A stretch of 64,000 bases of DNA from contig JAZDJS010000015.1 in the NCBI GenBank assembly GCA_043803745.1, forward strand, positions 17,573-81,572, read 5' to 3'. The notes beneath the pieces are model-generated. The model had not been told where the DNA came from, made no database searches, and worked only from the letters and a program-made list of their open reading frames with translations. The position numbers were made by a program, and so were the translations under genes. Shown here piece by piece: positions 9,721 through 19,460 of the stretch (its first letter is position 1; each line of letters begins with the position of its first letter). Source of the DNA: an archaeon. GTDB lineage: Archaea; SpSt-1190; DYHY01.

Positions 9721-9911
9721 GTGAAACTTTCCTGAGCCTAGGACTTCGCCTGATGGCTCAGCCGCCTCCTTGAGGCGGAAATATCCGTGCTTAAGCACCG
9801 ATGCCCAGGGGGACACAGGCGAGCTTCGACCGCAAAGAGAAATGCGCTTAAGGGGGCTCGCCGCATTGCCCGACATCGCTTGGCTAGTTCAAGTAGTTCA
9901 AGTAGTTCAAG
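9721..9911 (+). mobile_element. Degenerate IS200/IS605-like miniature element, homologous to 24765-24914
   Basis: Hairpin CCGCCTCCTTGAGGCGG, shared core GAnCTTCGACCGCnAAGA...CATTGnCCG, ends in (TAGTTCAAG)x3 at 9885-9911. Confidence 0.55.
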
Positions 9912-9959
9912 GATTCATAGGTGTTAGCCCGCAGCAATTCAATTTCTTCGATAAGGCAA

Positions 9960-10217
9960 TTATTTCACGTTTTGCCCGTATGCAGCCGAGTCAACATCAT
10001 AATCCTGCCTGACTGGTCTGCGCTTGAAGATTTTCATGAAAATGAAAAGGAGCGCGATCAGTATTATCAGGGGGTCCCTGGAGGCCAGAATTATCGCAAG
10101 CAGGGCTGCGAGAAACAGGAACGAGAACACTTCAAGGAAATTCCCGGTCATGACCGATTCGAAGAAGAGCGTGAAGAACATGAGCGCGGCAATCAGAATC
10201 AACCAAATCCACTGCAT
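9960..10217 (-). CDS. Small hydrophobic membrane protein
   Basis: 85 aa with 2-3 hydrophobic segments and a basic tail; fills the gap before secF. Confidence 0.55.
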   Translation of the reverse strand: MQWIWLILIAALMFFTLFFESVMTGNFLEVFSFLFLAALLAIILASRDPLIILIALLFIFMKIFKRRPVRQDYDVDSAAYGQNVK

Positions 10218-10325
10218 TTCTTGCGACCTTCCGGGAGCATGTCAGCGCCCCTTAAAATTCCTTTCTATTACCCGGAAATCTTGGGCGCCCAAAAGTTAAA
10301 AAACCCCCCCGGAACACCCCCCAGA

Positions 10326-11273
10326 ATGTCTTCTGAACACCCGTTTGTCGAGAGATTCAAGCAGATTTACTCTCGGAACTACAAGAAGTTCTTCATCGTC
10401 CCTGCGCTCGCAGTTCTTTTCTGCCTCGGCGTGATAGCCTGGAACTACTATTCAACTGGAGAGCTCGTTTCAACGGGAATAGACCTCAAAGGGGGGATAA
10501 TAGTTACTGTTGGCTGGAATTTTTCATCCGAGCCTTCGATAGCCAGCATGAAAACCGCATTGATTTCTGAAAATCTGGAAAAAGACATTTCGATTTCCAG
10601 GATAGACGCATTCGCCTCTGGGAAAATCAAACTCAGGGCGCTCCAGTTCGAAGCCCCGCCGGAGGCGGATCCGGTCAAATTCACCCAATCCGTCAGGACC
10701 GTCTTGTCTTCCGAAGGATTCGAGACGGATCCGGTTGAATATAACGTAAAGATAGTGGGCCCGGCGGTCGGAAAGGTGTTCCTCTCCAACACCTACATCG
10801 CAATGGCCATGGGCTTCTTTTTCCTCGGAGTCGTGATTTTCTTCATTTTCAAGAAAAAGGCAGTAATCGCAACAGTCATTTCCTGCATCTTTTTCGATTT
10901 TCTAGGAGGGCTTGCAACAATGAATATTCTGGGAATCAAGCTTTCCCCGATAACTCTCGCATCCCTTCTGATGCTGATAGGCTTCTCAATTGATAGCGAC
11001 ATTCTGATAACGACTGCCGTTCTGAAGAATCGAGAGGGTCCCGCAATTGACAGGGCAATTTTCGCAATGAAGACGGGCATAACAATGGCTCTTGCCGCAT
11101 CTGCAAGCCTTACCGCGCTTTACATTCTGTCGGGAACCGCCGTTCTCAAAGACATGACCGTGATTCTGCTCGGGGGCCTGTTTTTCGATCTTATACACAC
11201 GTGGTTCACGAACCTCGGGGTGCTTTTTTTGATTGCCGAGAAGGAATCCGCAACGGGAGCGCAGCACCAATGA
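10326..11273 (+). CDS. secF: Protein translocase subunit SecF (archaeal)
   Basis: GIDLKGG, VGPAVG, LMLIGFSIDSDIL; six TM segments; ATGA overlap with secD; start taken at MSSEH. Confidence 0.9.
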   Translation: MSSEHPFVERFKQIYSRNYKKFFIVPALAVLFCLGVIAWNYYSTGELVSTGIDLKGGIIVTVGWNFSSEPSIASMKTALISENLEKDISISRIDAFASGKIKLRALQFEAPPEADPVKFTQSVRTVLSSEGFETDPVEYNVKIVGPAVGKVFLSNTYIAMAMGFFFLGVVIFFIFKKKAVIATVISCIFFDFLGGLATMNILGIKLSPITLASLLMLIGFSIDSDILITTAVLKNREGPAIDRAIFAMKTGITMALAASASLTALYILSGTAVLKDMTVILLGGLFFDLIHTWFTNLGVLFLIAEKESATGAQHQ

Positions 11274-12568
11274 ACTGGGGAAAGCTTGTGAAAAATTGGC
11301 GGGTCGCGTTTGCAATAATCTCGATTGCGGCAGCCCTTTTTTTCGTCGCTCCACGGGTCGGACCGAACGGATGGGAAACGAACGTCCAGAAGGGGTTCGA
11401 CATAGAGGGCGGAGTCAGGGCAATACTTTCCCCGGAGAGTACGGACAGGCAGCTCGTTCAGGACACAATCGAAATTCTCAGGCACCGGCTGAATGTGTAC
11501 GGACTGAAGGACATCAAGATAAGCACCGCTAGCGACCTTACGGGCGAGACGTACATACTCGTGGAAGCGGCGCGGCTCACCGAAGAGGATGTCCGCTCCG
11601 TTGTTGCAAAGCAGGGAAAATTCGAGGCGAAAATAGGCAACGTAACAATCTTCACAGGACAGGACATCGTCGTGGATTCTTACAAGAACGCAATAAGGCC
11701 CGTCAACAACTATTATGAATATTTCATCGCCCTTAGGATAATCAATCCGGACGCATCCCAGAGGTTCGCAACGGAAACTTCGCGCCTTTCAATTGCATTC
11801 TCCGACTTTACGGCGGAGAGCGCATATCTCAACGAAACGCTTGACATTTATCTCGACGGTAAAAGCGTCAGTTCCCTGCAGATAGCATCCGACCTGAAGG
11901 GAAGAGTTTTCGACAGCCCGGTTGTGCAGGGCGCTGCCGAGAAAAAGGAGGAGGCCCAGACCCGTATGGAGCAGATGAAAGCGCTTCTCCAGTCGGGTTC
12001 CCTGCCGATGAAAGTCGAGGTTTCCTCGATAGACAAAGTCTCTCCAGCCCTAGGAGGAACCCTGCTGCAGAACGTCCTGGTCGCCGGGCTCGTAGCAGTC
12101 TTGGCGGTCGGGTTTGTAATTTTCCTTCGATACAGGTCCCCCATCCTCACCGGGTTGATAATGACAACCGTTTTCACCGAAGCCCTGCTAGTTCTCGGGA
12201 TTTCTGTCGTGATAAACTGGCAGCTTGACCTTTCTGCGATAGCGGGAATAATAGTTTCCCTCGGAACGGGGGTCAACCAGGAAATAATAATGGTTGACGA
12301 ATATTTCTTTTACGGCAAGGATCGCCGCCGGCTTTCATTCAAGGAAAAAATCAAGGAGGCCTCCTTCATAATCTTCGCAGCGTTCGGAAGCGGGATAGGC
12401 GCAATGCTCCCCCTGGTTTTCATCGGTCTCGGGGCTGTAAGGGGTTTCGCGATAACAACGCTGATAGGGATGGCGGGCGGAGTGTTCATTTCCCGACCGG
12501 CATTTTTGGCGGCACTTGACATTCTGACTGAGAACGAAGGGAAGCCGAACGAGAAAACGTCGGCCTGA
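11270..12568 (+). CDS. secD: Protein translocase subunit SecD (archaeal)
   Basis: GFDIEGG, RLNVYGL, LQSGSLP, VSPALG, GTGV, RGFAITTLIG. Confidence 0.92.
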   Translation: MNWGKLVKNWRVAFAIISIAAALFFVAPRVGPNGWETNVQKGFDIEGGVRAILSPESTDRQLVQDTIEILRHRLNVYGLKDIKISTASDLTGETYILVEAARLTEEDVRSVVAKQGKFEAKIGNVTIFTGQDIVVDSYKNAIRPVNNYYEYFIALRIINPDASQRFATETSRLSIAFSDFTAESAYLNETLDIYLDGKSVSSLQIASDLKGRVFDSPVVQGAAEKKEEAQTRMEQMKALLQSGSLPMKVEVSSIDKVSPALGGTLLQNVLVAGLVAVLAVGFVIFLRYRSPILTGLIMTTVFTEALLVLGISVVINWQLDLSAIAGIIVSLGTGVNQEIIMVDEYFFYGKDRRRLSFKEKIKEASFIIFAAFGSGIGAMLPLVFIGLGAVRGFAITTLIGMAGGVFISRPAFLAALDILTENEGKPNEKTSA

Positions 12569-12816
12569 AGGGGAACTTCGCGGAATCCTCCGGCTAGTGG
12601 CGTCCGAAGACTGTCTGCAAGGTCAACAACTTCGAAATGAGGCCTGCGGAAGTGAGGGGGAGAAACTCATCTTGCACCATCACGAAAAGGAAGGCGAGTT
12701 TTTTCGTTGTCAAAGGGAAGCTGAAAATGCGCATAATTCTGATGGCGTCTGGTTCAGCCAGGAGCGCGCGTAACCTTGCCAAAGATTTGACCGCAGGAGA
12801 AGTCAGGCTCTTCTGA
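12549..12816 (+). pseudogene. Cupin-domain pseudogene
   Basis: LKGNFAESSG*WRPKTVCKVNNFEMR, then frameshifted LILHHHEKEGEFF and VVKGKLKM; matches the WSPK..N...HHH..EDELF.V.KG cupin pattern, with an in-frame stop and frameshifts. Confidence 0.6.
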
Positions 12817-13160
12817 GCGGCGCCTAGTTCGTGCTTCCACCCTTCAAACTTAATGATTGCGGCAGCAATATCCCCGCCAGTTTCCTCAAGAGCCCGTCCA
12901 GCTTCTTCTTCTGTCTTACCGGACGCTTCCGCAACAACTCGGGCGTCATCGGTACTTCTTTCGGGACTCGTCCCGGAACCCGTTTCGGAAACCTCTCCGG
13001 AAACTTGGAAAGTTGTCTGCCCCATCACCTGCATTTTCACAACAGCAGGCCTCTCAACGACGAGTTTTCTGCCGTCCGCGAGGAAAATTTCGACCTTTTC
13101 AGCGTCAAGTTCCTCCGTGCTCATCTGTTTCATTATTTTCTGCAAATTTCGTACGTCCAT
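12594..13160 (-). CDS. nac: Nascent polypeptide-associated complex protein (aeNAC) with an atypical C-terminal extension
   Basis: NAC domain (LQKIMKQM..QTTFQVSG) and UBA domain (ALEETGGDIAAAII); ~80 extra residues run antisense over the cupin remnant. Confidence 0.85.
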   Translation of the reverse strand: MDVRNLQKIMKQMSTEELDAEKVEIFLADGRKLVVERPAVVKMQVMGQTTFQVSGEVSETGSGTSPERSTDDARVVAEASGKTEEEAGRALEETGGDIAAAIIKFEGWKHELGAAQKSLTSPAVKSLARLRALLAEPDAIRIMRIFSFPLTTKKLAFLFVMVQDEFLPLTSAGLISKLLTLQTVFGRH

Positions 13161-13165
13161 AAGAA

Positions 13166-13567
13166 TTACCCTTTCTTCCCAGCAGCAACATTTTTTACAA
13201 TTATGACGGGAATGGGTGAGTTCTCGAAGACAACGCCGCTGGTGCTGCCGACGACCATTTTTTCAGAACCTTCCTTGTCTGTCGCGCCCATGACGACGTA
13301 CTCGTATCTTTTCAGGGCTTCCGCCAGAATCGCCCCCGAAATGTCCTGGTTTTGCACGGAGACGTAATTGACCTCCACCGCATAAGTTTCATCAAGCTGT
13401 GAGCGTATCTTGTCGATGAGCTTCCCTTGCTCGAGCGTCATGAGTTCCGGCCCCTTGACATTGAAAACAGTCACGCTTCCATTGACCTCCCGTGCAAGCA
13501 GTCCGGCAACGTCCGACGCTCTCAAGTCGTGCAGGGTTCCCTTGACTGGAAGGAGAAGGCGCCTCAT
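13166..13567 (-). CDS. Universal stress protein (UspA family)
   Basis: MRRLLLPV..VVMGAT..VVGSTS..SPIPVIIV; start at ATG 13567. Confidence 0.85.
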   Translation of the reverse strand: MRRLLLPVKGTLHDLRASDVAGLLAREVNGSVTVFNVKGPELMTLEQGKLIDKIRSQLDETYAVEVNYVSVQNQDISGAILAEALKRYEYVVMGATDKEGSEKMVVGSTSGVVFENSPIPVIIVKNVAAGKKG

Positions 13568-13618
13568 TCCAGGAACATTCACCAGCACATTTTTATTGTT
13601 TTCCTTCCAAATGCGGGG

Positions 13619-14884
13619 GTGGATGATGACTCTGCGCTCCTGACCGAAAAAGGGATGAACGGGATTTTGAGTTCTGACACTTGCGAGAACAAGCCCTTCT
13701 TGACCGAGCTCCTCCCGGGAACCGGCGGCGAGATAAAAACGTCCCCCGAGGATTTTTTCGTCGAGGAAATTCCCGCATTCCCATTTTCGGGTGAGGGCGA
13801 ACATCTGATACTCTTGGTCGAGAAAAGGGGGCTGACTACGCACCGTGCGGCTGAGATATTGGCCGGAACGGCGGGAGTTTCTTCCGAAAAAGTTGGCTAT
13901 GCGGGCTTGAAAGATGCGTTCGCCCTTACAAGACAGTTTTTTTCCGTTCAGACGCCCGGCGGCCCGCCGGAAACCGCCGCGCCCGGCTTGCGCATCGTTT
14001 CGGCAACAAGGCACGCGCACAAGCTGCGGGCCGGAATGCTTTCCGGGAACAGATTCAAAATCCGGATCAGAAACGTCCGGGCGCCCGGGAACGCTGCGGC
14101 AATCCTCGAAGTGCTCGGGTCCCGCGGCCTGCCAAATTACTACGGTTCCCAAAGGTTCGGCTCAATGAGAAGCGTTTCCGCAAAGGTGGGCTTCGCGCTT
14201 CTGAGAGGGGACTTCGAACTGGCAGTCAGGGAGTACCTTTCGGTTTCCGGAGCCCAAGAGCCGGACAAGACGCGGAGCGCGAGAAGCTTGTGCAGCGAGG
14301 GAAATTTTTCGGAAGCGGCCAGAACATTCCCTCCCGGATGTTTCTACGAACTGCGCTTGATATCCCTCTTGGAGGCGCTCGGAAACCCCGAGAGCGCGTT
14401 TCGGCGGACTTTCCCGAAGCATCTTCTGCGTCTTTTCGTTTCGGCGACGCAATCGGAAGTCTTCAACAAGATACTGTCAGAAAGGATCCGGTCGATAGAT
14501 TCATTCATCGACGGGGATGTCGGGATGTTCGAAAAAGGGGCGGTTTTCTTCCGGCACGCAGTTCCGGAGGATCCGCGCCTCAAGACGTTCGAGGTTTCCC
14601 CATCCGGGGTGCTGGTTGGCAACAAGGCAATTCTTGCGGAAGGGGCTGCGGGGGAGATAGAGCGGCGGGCGATTTCTTCAACGGGCTTTTCGGAATCCGA
14701 AAGCTTCCCCAAATCGCGCCTTCCTTTCCGCCTCGATGGTAGCCGCCGCCGGCTTCGGGAAAGGATTTCAGAGGCTTCCATTTCCGCAGCGCCCGACGGG
14801 ACGGAAGACATTTTAATCTCATTTGTCCTTCCAAAGGGAACTTATGCGACCGAAGTTCTCCGGGAGGTGACAAAAACCGCTTGA
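13619..14884 (+). CDS. truD: tRNA pseudouridine(13) synthase TruD/Pus7
   Basis: PEDFFVEE, YAGLKD (catalytic Asp), GNRFKI, PNYYGSQRFG, LPKGTYATEVLRE; start approximate. Confidence 0.95.
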   Translation: MDDDSALLTEKGMNGILSSDTCENKPFLTELLPGTGGEIKTSPEDFFVEEIPAFPFSGEGEHLILLVEKRGLTTHRAAEILAGTAGVSSEKVGYAGLKDAFALTRQFFSVQTPGGPPETAAPGLRIVSATRHAHKLRAGMLSGNRFKIRIRNVRAPGNAAAILEVLGSRGLPNYYGSQRFGSMRSVSAKVGFALLRGDFELAVREYLSVSGAQEPDKTRSARSLCSEGNFSEAARTFPPGCFYELRLISLLEALGNPESAFRRTFPKHLLRLFVSATQSEVFNKILSERIRSIDSFIDGDVGMFEKGAVFFRHAVPEDPRLKTFEVSPSGVLVGNKAILAEGAAGEIERRAISSTGFSESESFPKSRLPFRLDGSRRRLRERISEASISAAPDGTEDILISFVLPKGTYATEVLREVTKTA

Positions 14885-16182
14885 GACGAAAGCGAGACTT
14901 TCTTTTGATTTTCGTCGTTTTTCTCCTGGGACTGTCCATAAGGCTCTATTTTGCATTCCAGGGTTCGGGACTGATCGGGGCGGACGGGTTTTTCCACAAT
15001 TACCTGGTCTCGGAGACGGTTGAACATGGTGCGTTTCCATCCAGCGATCCGTTTTCCTGGGGCGGCCGCGAAGTAAGATATTTTCCCGGATTCCACCTTC
15101 TTCTCTCAACAATCCTCATTTCAACAAAAATTCCCACGAGCCTTCTCTTTCTTGCGGGACCCGTCTTTTTCTTCATTGCATTCCTCGCAATAGTCTCGAT
15201 TGCGCGCAAGCAGGGAATCAGCTCATTACCCCTATGCGCCCTGTTCTCAACGATTCCCGTCCTGATATGGAAAACGACAACGAACCTCCTTCCGGATTCA
15301 GCCGTTCTTTTCCTGCTCTTGATTTCGATATTCGTAACGAAGAGCTCTGAACTCCCGATTTCCGCGGCGATTCTGATCGGCGGTTCCCTTATTCACCCCA
15401 TTTTCTTCGTTGCGTACGTTCCACGCATAATTGAATCGAAATCGAGGGCCAAACTGGTCGGTATTTTGGCGACCCTCGCAGTCTCCCTCCTGGTATTGCA
15501 TTTCGCCGGACTCCGAATCCCTTCGGATGCCCGCCAGAACGTTCCATCGGCGATGCAGGACGAAATTTTCGAGGGGGTTGATTTTGTCAAGATAACCTAC
15601 CGGCTGGGACCCTCACTGGTTCCGATGCTTCTTCTTTTCCCGGAGAACTTCCTGTATTTTGCCGCGCCGCTGGTTCCCGTGCTGCTGAAGGTGATCGAAC
15701 TTGATCGGGGGCTCTTCATTTCCGCCCTTTTCATGATGCTGGTCGCGGGAAAGTTCATTTCCCGAAGGAAGACATTCACCCAGGTGCTGGTGATTTCAAT
15801 CCTTTTTTTCTGGTCATTCTACTCGATTCGCGCCCTCTCCTGGGCGCCCGTTAGGCAAGGGGATTTCAATTCACTCTTTTGGACGTCCGAGAATACGCCC
15901 CGGGAGTCGACAATCATCACGCTTCCCGGCGACGGATATCTCGTAGCATATGTAGCCAGGCGGAAAAATACGATTGACGGGCATTTCTCCGGGATGTCCA
16001 ACTCTTCCAGAAGGCTGGCTGATGTGACCGGCGCGCTGTCATCCCCGGAAAAATACGCCGCAAGCCTGAACGCATCCACATTGGTTCTCACGTCCAGGAC
16101 TGCGCACGTTGCAATCAGTCCGGAATGGAAGAAGCTGTCCGAAACCGGAGCTGCTGGAGGGGTTTTCGTTTATACCGGATAG
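14881..16182 (+). CDS. Polytopic GT-C-like membrane glycosyltransferase (STT3/PMT-like)
   Basis: TM1 followed by GADGFFH, YFPGFHLL, many TM segments, C-terminal W.SENTP..TIITLPGDG domain. Confidence 0.6.
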   Translation: MRRKRDFLLIFVVFLLGLSIRLYFAFQGSGLIGADGFFHNYLVSETVEHGAFPSSDPFSWGGREVRYFPGFHLLLSTILISTKIPTSLLFLAGPVFFFIAFLAIVSIARKQGISSLPLCALFSTIPVLIWKTTTNLLPDSAVLFLLLISIFVTKSSELPISAAILIGGSLIHPIFFVAYVPRIIESKSRAKLVGILATLAVSLLVLHFAGLRIPSDARQNVPSAMQDEIFEGVDFVKITYRLGPSLVPMLLLFPENFLYFAAPLVPVLLKVIELDRGLFISALFMMLVAGKFISRRKTFTQVLVISILFFWSFYSIRALSWAPVRQGDFNSLFWTSENTPRESTIITLPGDGYLVAYVARRKNTIDGHFSGMSNSSRRLADVTGALSSPEKYAASLNASTLVLTSRTAHVAISPEWKKLSETGAAGGVFVYTG

Positions 16183-16195
16183 ATAATCTTATAGA

Positions 16196-16915
16196 TTGAA
16201 AACGGGCCTTTTAGCGGTGGTTTCGAGGGTTCCGAGCAAAAAGGCAATACTTCTCCTGGCTTTTGCGGTATGTACGGCGACCTATTTCCTCGGGGTTCTC
16301 AGCGGGCTTTATGCGAACAAACTGCTCGAAAAAAAAGTCAGCACGGATATGGGGGTCATCAAGTACTACATGGATTCCTCCTCGCTTGACATGAAAAACA
16401 TGCTGCTCCTTCAATTCTTCATGGAGAATATGGGAGATTCCTGCAAATTCTCCGAACTCTACCTATCCCACCTTTATGACCAACTCCAGCCATATTGGTC
16501 GCGCCTTCCGAAGGACATCGAGGCATATGACCGGGAGCAGACCGGCTCCGCCGAATATATCGCGCTCAAGAGGGAATACACCCGGCTTTCCTTGCGCATC
16601 TGGCTTACTGCCGAACGCAACCAGCAGGCCTGCAATTCCACCAAGTTTGTCCCGATTCTTTACTTTTACTCCAAGGCTTGCGCCAATTGCACGCTGCAGA
16701 GGGAAATTCTGGATACCTTCTCCCTTGAGATGAGGCAGAGGGGATTTAGCATAGTCATCTTCCCGATAGATGAGACTTTCGAGGACGATACAATATATCT
16801 TCTCAAGAAATACTACAATCTGACGGCATTTCCCTCAGTTGTTTTCAAAAACACCCTCTTCAACGGGGTCGTTGCCGGACAGGGCGATCTTCTTCAGGTC
16901 CTGGGCACTAATTGA
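16196..16915 (+). CDS. Membrane-anchored thioredoxin-fold protein
   Basis: N-terminal TM, helical region, ILYFYSKACANC (CxxC), LTAFPSVVF cis-Pro motif. Confidence 0.65.
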   Translation: MKTGLLAVVSRVPSKKAILLLAFAVCTATYFLGVLSGLYANKLLEKKVSTDMGVIKYYMDSSSLDMKNMLLLQFFMENMGDSCKFSELYLSHLYDQLQPYWSRLPKDIEAYDREQTGSAEYIALKREYTRLSLRIWLTAERNQQACNSTKFVPILYFYSKACANCTLQREILDTFSLEMRQRGFSIVIFPIDETFEDDTIYLLKKYYNLTAFPSVVFKNTLFNGVVAGQGDLLQVLGTN

Positions 16916-18191
16916 CCTTTTCCCAGACGTTCTTTTGATTTCCGTCGAAATACGCAGGCAGGCAGAAAACGTTCACGATCATTATCGAAAGCCAGAACGG
17001 GAACATGAAAGCCAAAGGGATCAAAGTTCTCGGAGCGAACCGCTTGTCGAATTTCCAGACCGCGTAGACATAGAGCGGATATGACAGGAGGGTGCTTGCT
17101 ATGCCGACAACATTCAGATAGGTGACCGGTGTTGCCCCTGTGAACAGCCCGCCGAACCAGTTGAAAAAGCCGAATATCGAGAGCCATCCGAAAAGGAACC
17201 CCGCAACCCCCATACTGGCAAGGACGCCCTTTGAAGCAAAATATATGAAATAGCCGCTGGCAATCTGGTAGACGGTTATCAACCCCATGACTATTGCCTG
17301 TATGTAGTTGAACAAAAGAAGGGGCAGGGTGTAAAGATCTATTGCCGTCTTGGCCTTTCCGGCAAGGTGTTTCCGAAGAATGTACAAAAGACCCTTCCCG
17401 AACCGCGCCTTCTGCTTCAGGAACCCCCCAAGGGTCGAGGGCATGACCGTCTCAGAAACTGCATCGCTCGAGAACGCGACGGAATACCCCCGCCTTATCA
17501 GGCGGATTGTTATGTCAACATCCTCGGAAAAACCGCCTGTGCTGAACCCTCCGACCTGGATGAGCGCGCGCCTGCGGTACATGCTCAAGGGGCCGGGGGT
17601 CACAACATTCGCGTTGGCGTTCGCGAACATCATCCGCGTCAGGGCGCCGTAAAGTTGTTCAACATGAAGCCACATCCCGATGAAAGTTTTCCGATTTTTC
17701 ACCTTGACGACGCCCGTTGCGGCGGCAACATTCCGTTTTCCCAATTCGTTCGCAAGGAAGCCGAGGGCGCCCGGATCGACAGTCCCGTCCCCGTCAACAA
17801 TTGCAACGAGCTCCCCGGTTGCCCGTGCGAGACCGACATTGAGGGAATCCGCCTTGCCGGTATGGGGCTTGCGTATCAGCAGTACTTTCTTGCCGAACCG
17901 CCTTCTCGCCAGTTCCGCCCCCCCGTCAGAGCTTCCGTCGTCAACGACAATGATCTCCTTCCTTCCCGCAAAGTTCGCCGACAGCACGGACGAAATGCAC
18001 TCGGCAATCCTCGGCCGTTCATTGTGCATCGGAATTATTACACTGAGCGTCCGGTACTTTTTTCTCACGGGGGCTTGGGAAAGCTCGTTTTGCTTGAAAA
18101 TCAGGAGATAATAGTAGGAGATCACAACGCCCAGAAAAACCGTCGTTATTGCAGAAGGGACGAAGACAAAAAGAACATCCTGCGGCATCAT
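16908..18191 (-). CDS. Processive GT2 glycosyltransferase (cellulose/PNAG synthase-like)
   Basis: VIIPMHNE, DDGSSD, GKADSLN, VDGD, SED, QKARF, C-terminal TMs; ATGA overlap with the upstream GT2. Confidence 0.88.
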   Translation of the reverse strand: MMPQDVLFVFVPSAITTVFLGVVISYYYLLIFKQNELSQAPVRKKYRTLSVIIPMHNERPRIAECISSVLSANFAGRKEIIVVDDGSSDGGAELARRRFGKKVLLIRKPHTGKADSLNVGLARATGELVAIVDGDGTVDPGALGFLANELGKRNVAAATGVVKVKNRKTFIGMWLHVEQLYGALTRMMFANANANVVTPGPLSMYRRRALIQVGGFSTGGFSEDVDITIRLIRRGYSVAFSSDAVSETVMPSTLGGFLKQKARFGKGLLYILRKHLAGKAKTAIDLYTLPLLLFNYIQAIVMGLITVYQIASGYFIYFASKGVLASMGVAGFLFGWLSIFGFFNWFGGLFTGATPVTYLNVVGIASTLLSYPLYVYAVWKFDKRFAPRTLIPLAFMFPFWLSIMIVNVFCLPAYFDGNQKNVWEKVN

Positions 18192-19447
18192 TCTGATACC
18201 AGACTCACATTCGCGGCTTTTGGCGTGCAAAACCAATTTATCTTCTGATTGAGGACTGCCTTCATGAAAGCGAACGCGTTCGCAAATGCGACAACAAGTC
18301 CTATTGTGAACGACATGAAAACGACATCCTTCCATTCCGACAGCTCGCCCCGCTTATGAAGGGCGATGAAGCCGCCGAACAGGAATCCCCCCGTGACGAG
18401 GAGCCTTGAACCGAAAACGAACAGGTCCGAAAGCACGAAGAGCCGCACTTCTCCGAGGAACCACCCTGCCATTCCCGCGCAGGTCATTATGACCACTGGA
18501 ACGGTAGGTCCATTGCCAAGGGTGTTGAAGGCCATCATGAACCTTTGGCGCAATCCGAGGTTGCCTTCGAAGAGAATCAGCCTGAAATTGTCAATGAAAA
18601 CCCGCGTGTTCCCGTAGCACCATCGCATCTGCTGCTTAAGGAACGCCTCAAACGTGTCAGGGACCTCGCTAGGGGTTTCGTAATCCAGGTAAACAGAAGT
18701 GTATCCCCGCGCCAAAAGCTTGACGCTTATTTCGCAATCCTCAGTGACGCTATCCGGATTCCATCCGCCAACTTCCTCGAAATGCGTTCGCCGGAGGGCT
18801 CCCGCGGTCCCGCAGAAGAAGACGCTGTTGACTTTGCTGTTTATCGGCATTATTATCGAATGATACATTATCAGGAGATATGCCGCGAAACGAGTGACAA
18901 CATTAGCTTTTCGATTGTAGAAACCCTGTTTCGATTGGACAATTGCGACTTTTGAATCCGAGAACGGCTCGATTATTTTCCTCAGAAAGTCCCGCTTTGG
19001 AATCCAGTCGGAATCGAAAACAACAATGAACTCGCCCCTGCTGAAGCTCATTGCATTTTTCAGAGCTCCCGGCTTGAAGCCGGTTCTTTCAGACCTGTAT
19101 ACGTATTTCACCTGCCCCGGATTCTCCAGGGAAAGGCCTTCCATCATTCTCCGGGTTTTGGGGTTGGTGCTGTCGTCCGCGATGATTATCTCATACCTTT
19201 TCCGCGGATAATCGAATTCAAGGCACTTGGAAACGCATCTTGCCGCAATCGGGTCGTTGAAAACGGGTATTTGCACCGTTATGAAAGGCAAATCCTTTTC
19301 CGCGAAGGGCTTCCAGCGAGCCGTTTTTTGCCCTTTGTCAATGAAAATGCTGATGAAAGAGAGGACTACGAAAAGAGCCGAAAAGAAGACCAAAGGGACA
19401 AGCGCCAAGTTGTAGATGAAAAGCGAAATGTCATAAGGGTCAATCAT
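18188..19447 (-). CDS. Processive GT2 glycosyltransferase (cellulose synthase-like)
   Basis: VQIPVFN, DDST, GFKPGAL, FDSD, TED, QQMRW, TPK. Confidence 0.9.
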   Translation of the reverse strand: MIDPYDISLFIYNLALVPLVFFSALFVVLSFISIFIDKGQKTARWKPFAEKDLPFITVQIPVFNDPIAARCVSKCLEFDYPRKRYEIIIADDSTNPKTRRMMEGLSLENPGQVKYVYRSERTGFKPGALKNAMSFSRGEFIVVFDSDWIPKRDFLRKIIEPFSDSKVAIVQSKQGFYNRKANVVTRFAAYLLIMYHSIIMPINSKVNSVFFCGTAGALRRTHFEEVGGWNPDSVTEDCEISVKLLARGYTSVYLDYETPSEVPDTFEAFLKQQMRWCYGNTRVFIDNFRLILFEGNLGLRQRFMMAFNTLGNGPTVPVVIMTCAGMAGWFLGEVRLFVLSDLFVFGSRLLVTGGFLFGGFIALHKRGELSEWKDVVFMSFTIGLVVAFANAFAFMKAVLNQKINWFCTPKAANVSLVSE

Positions 19448-19460
19448 TCAAGTCCCTTTC

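Noticed and set aside
9921-10325. Long N-terminal extensions in the ORF track (secF, USP, truD, GT2, DsbA-like, COG1361)
   Set aside because: Artefacts of the earliest start codon overlapping neighbouring genes; downstream starts were used
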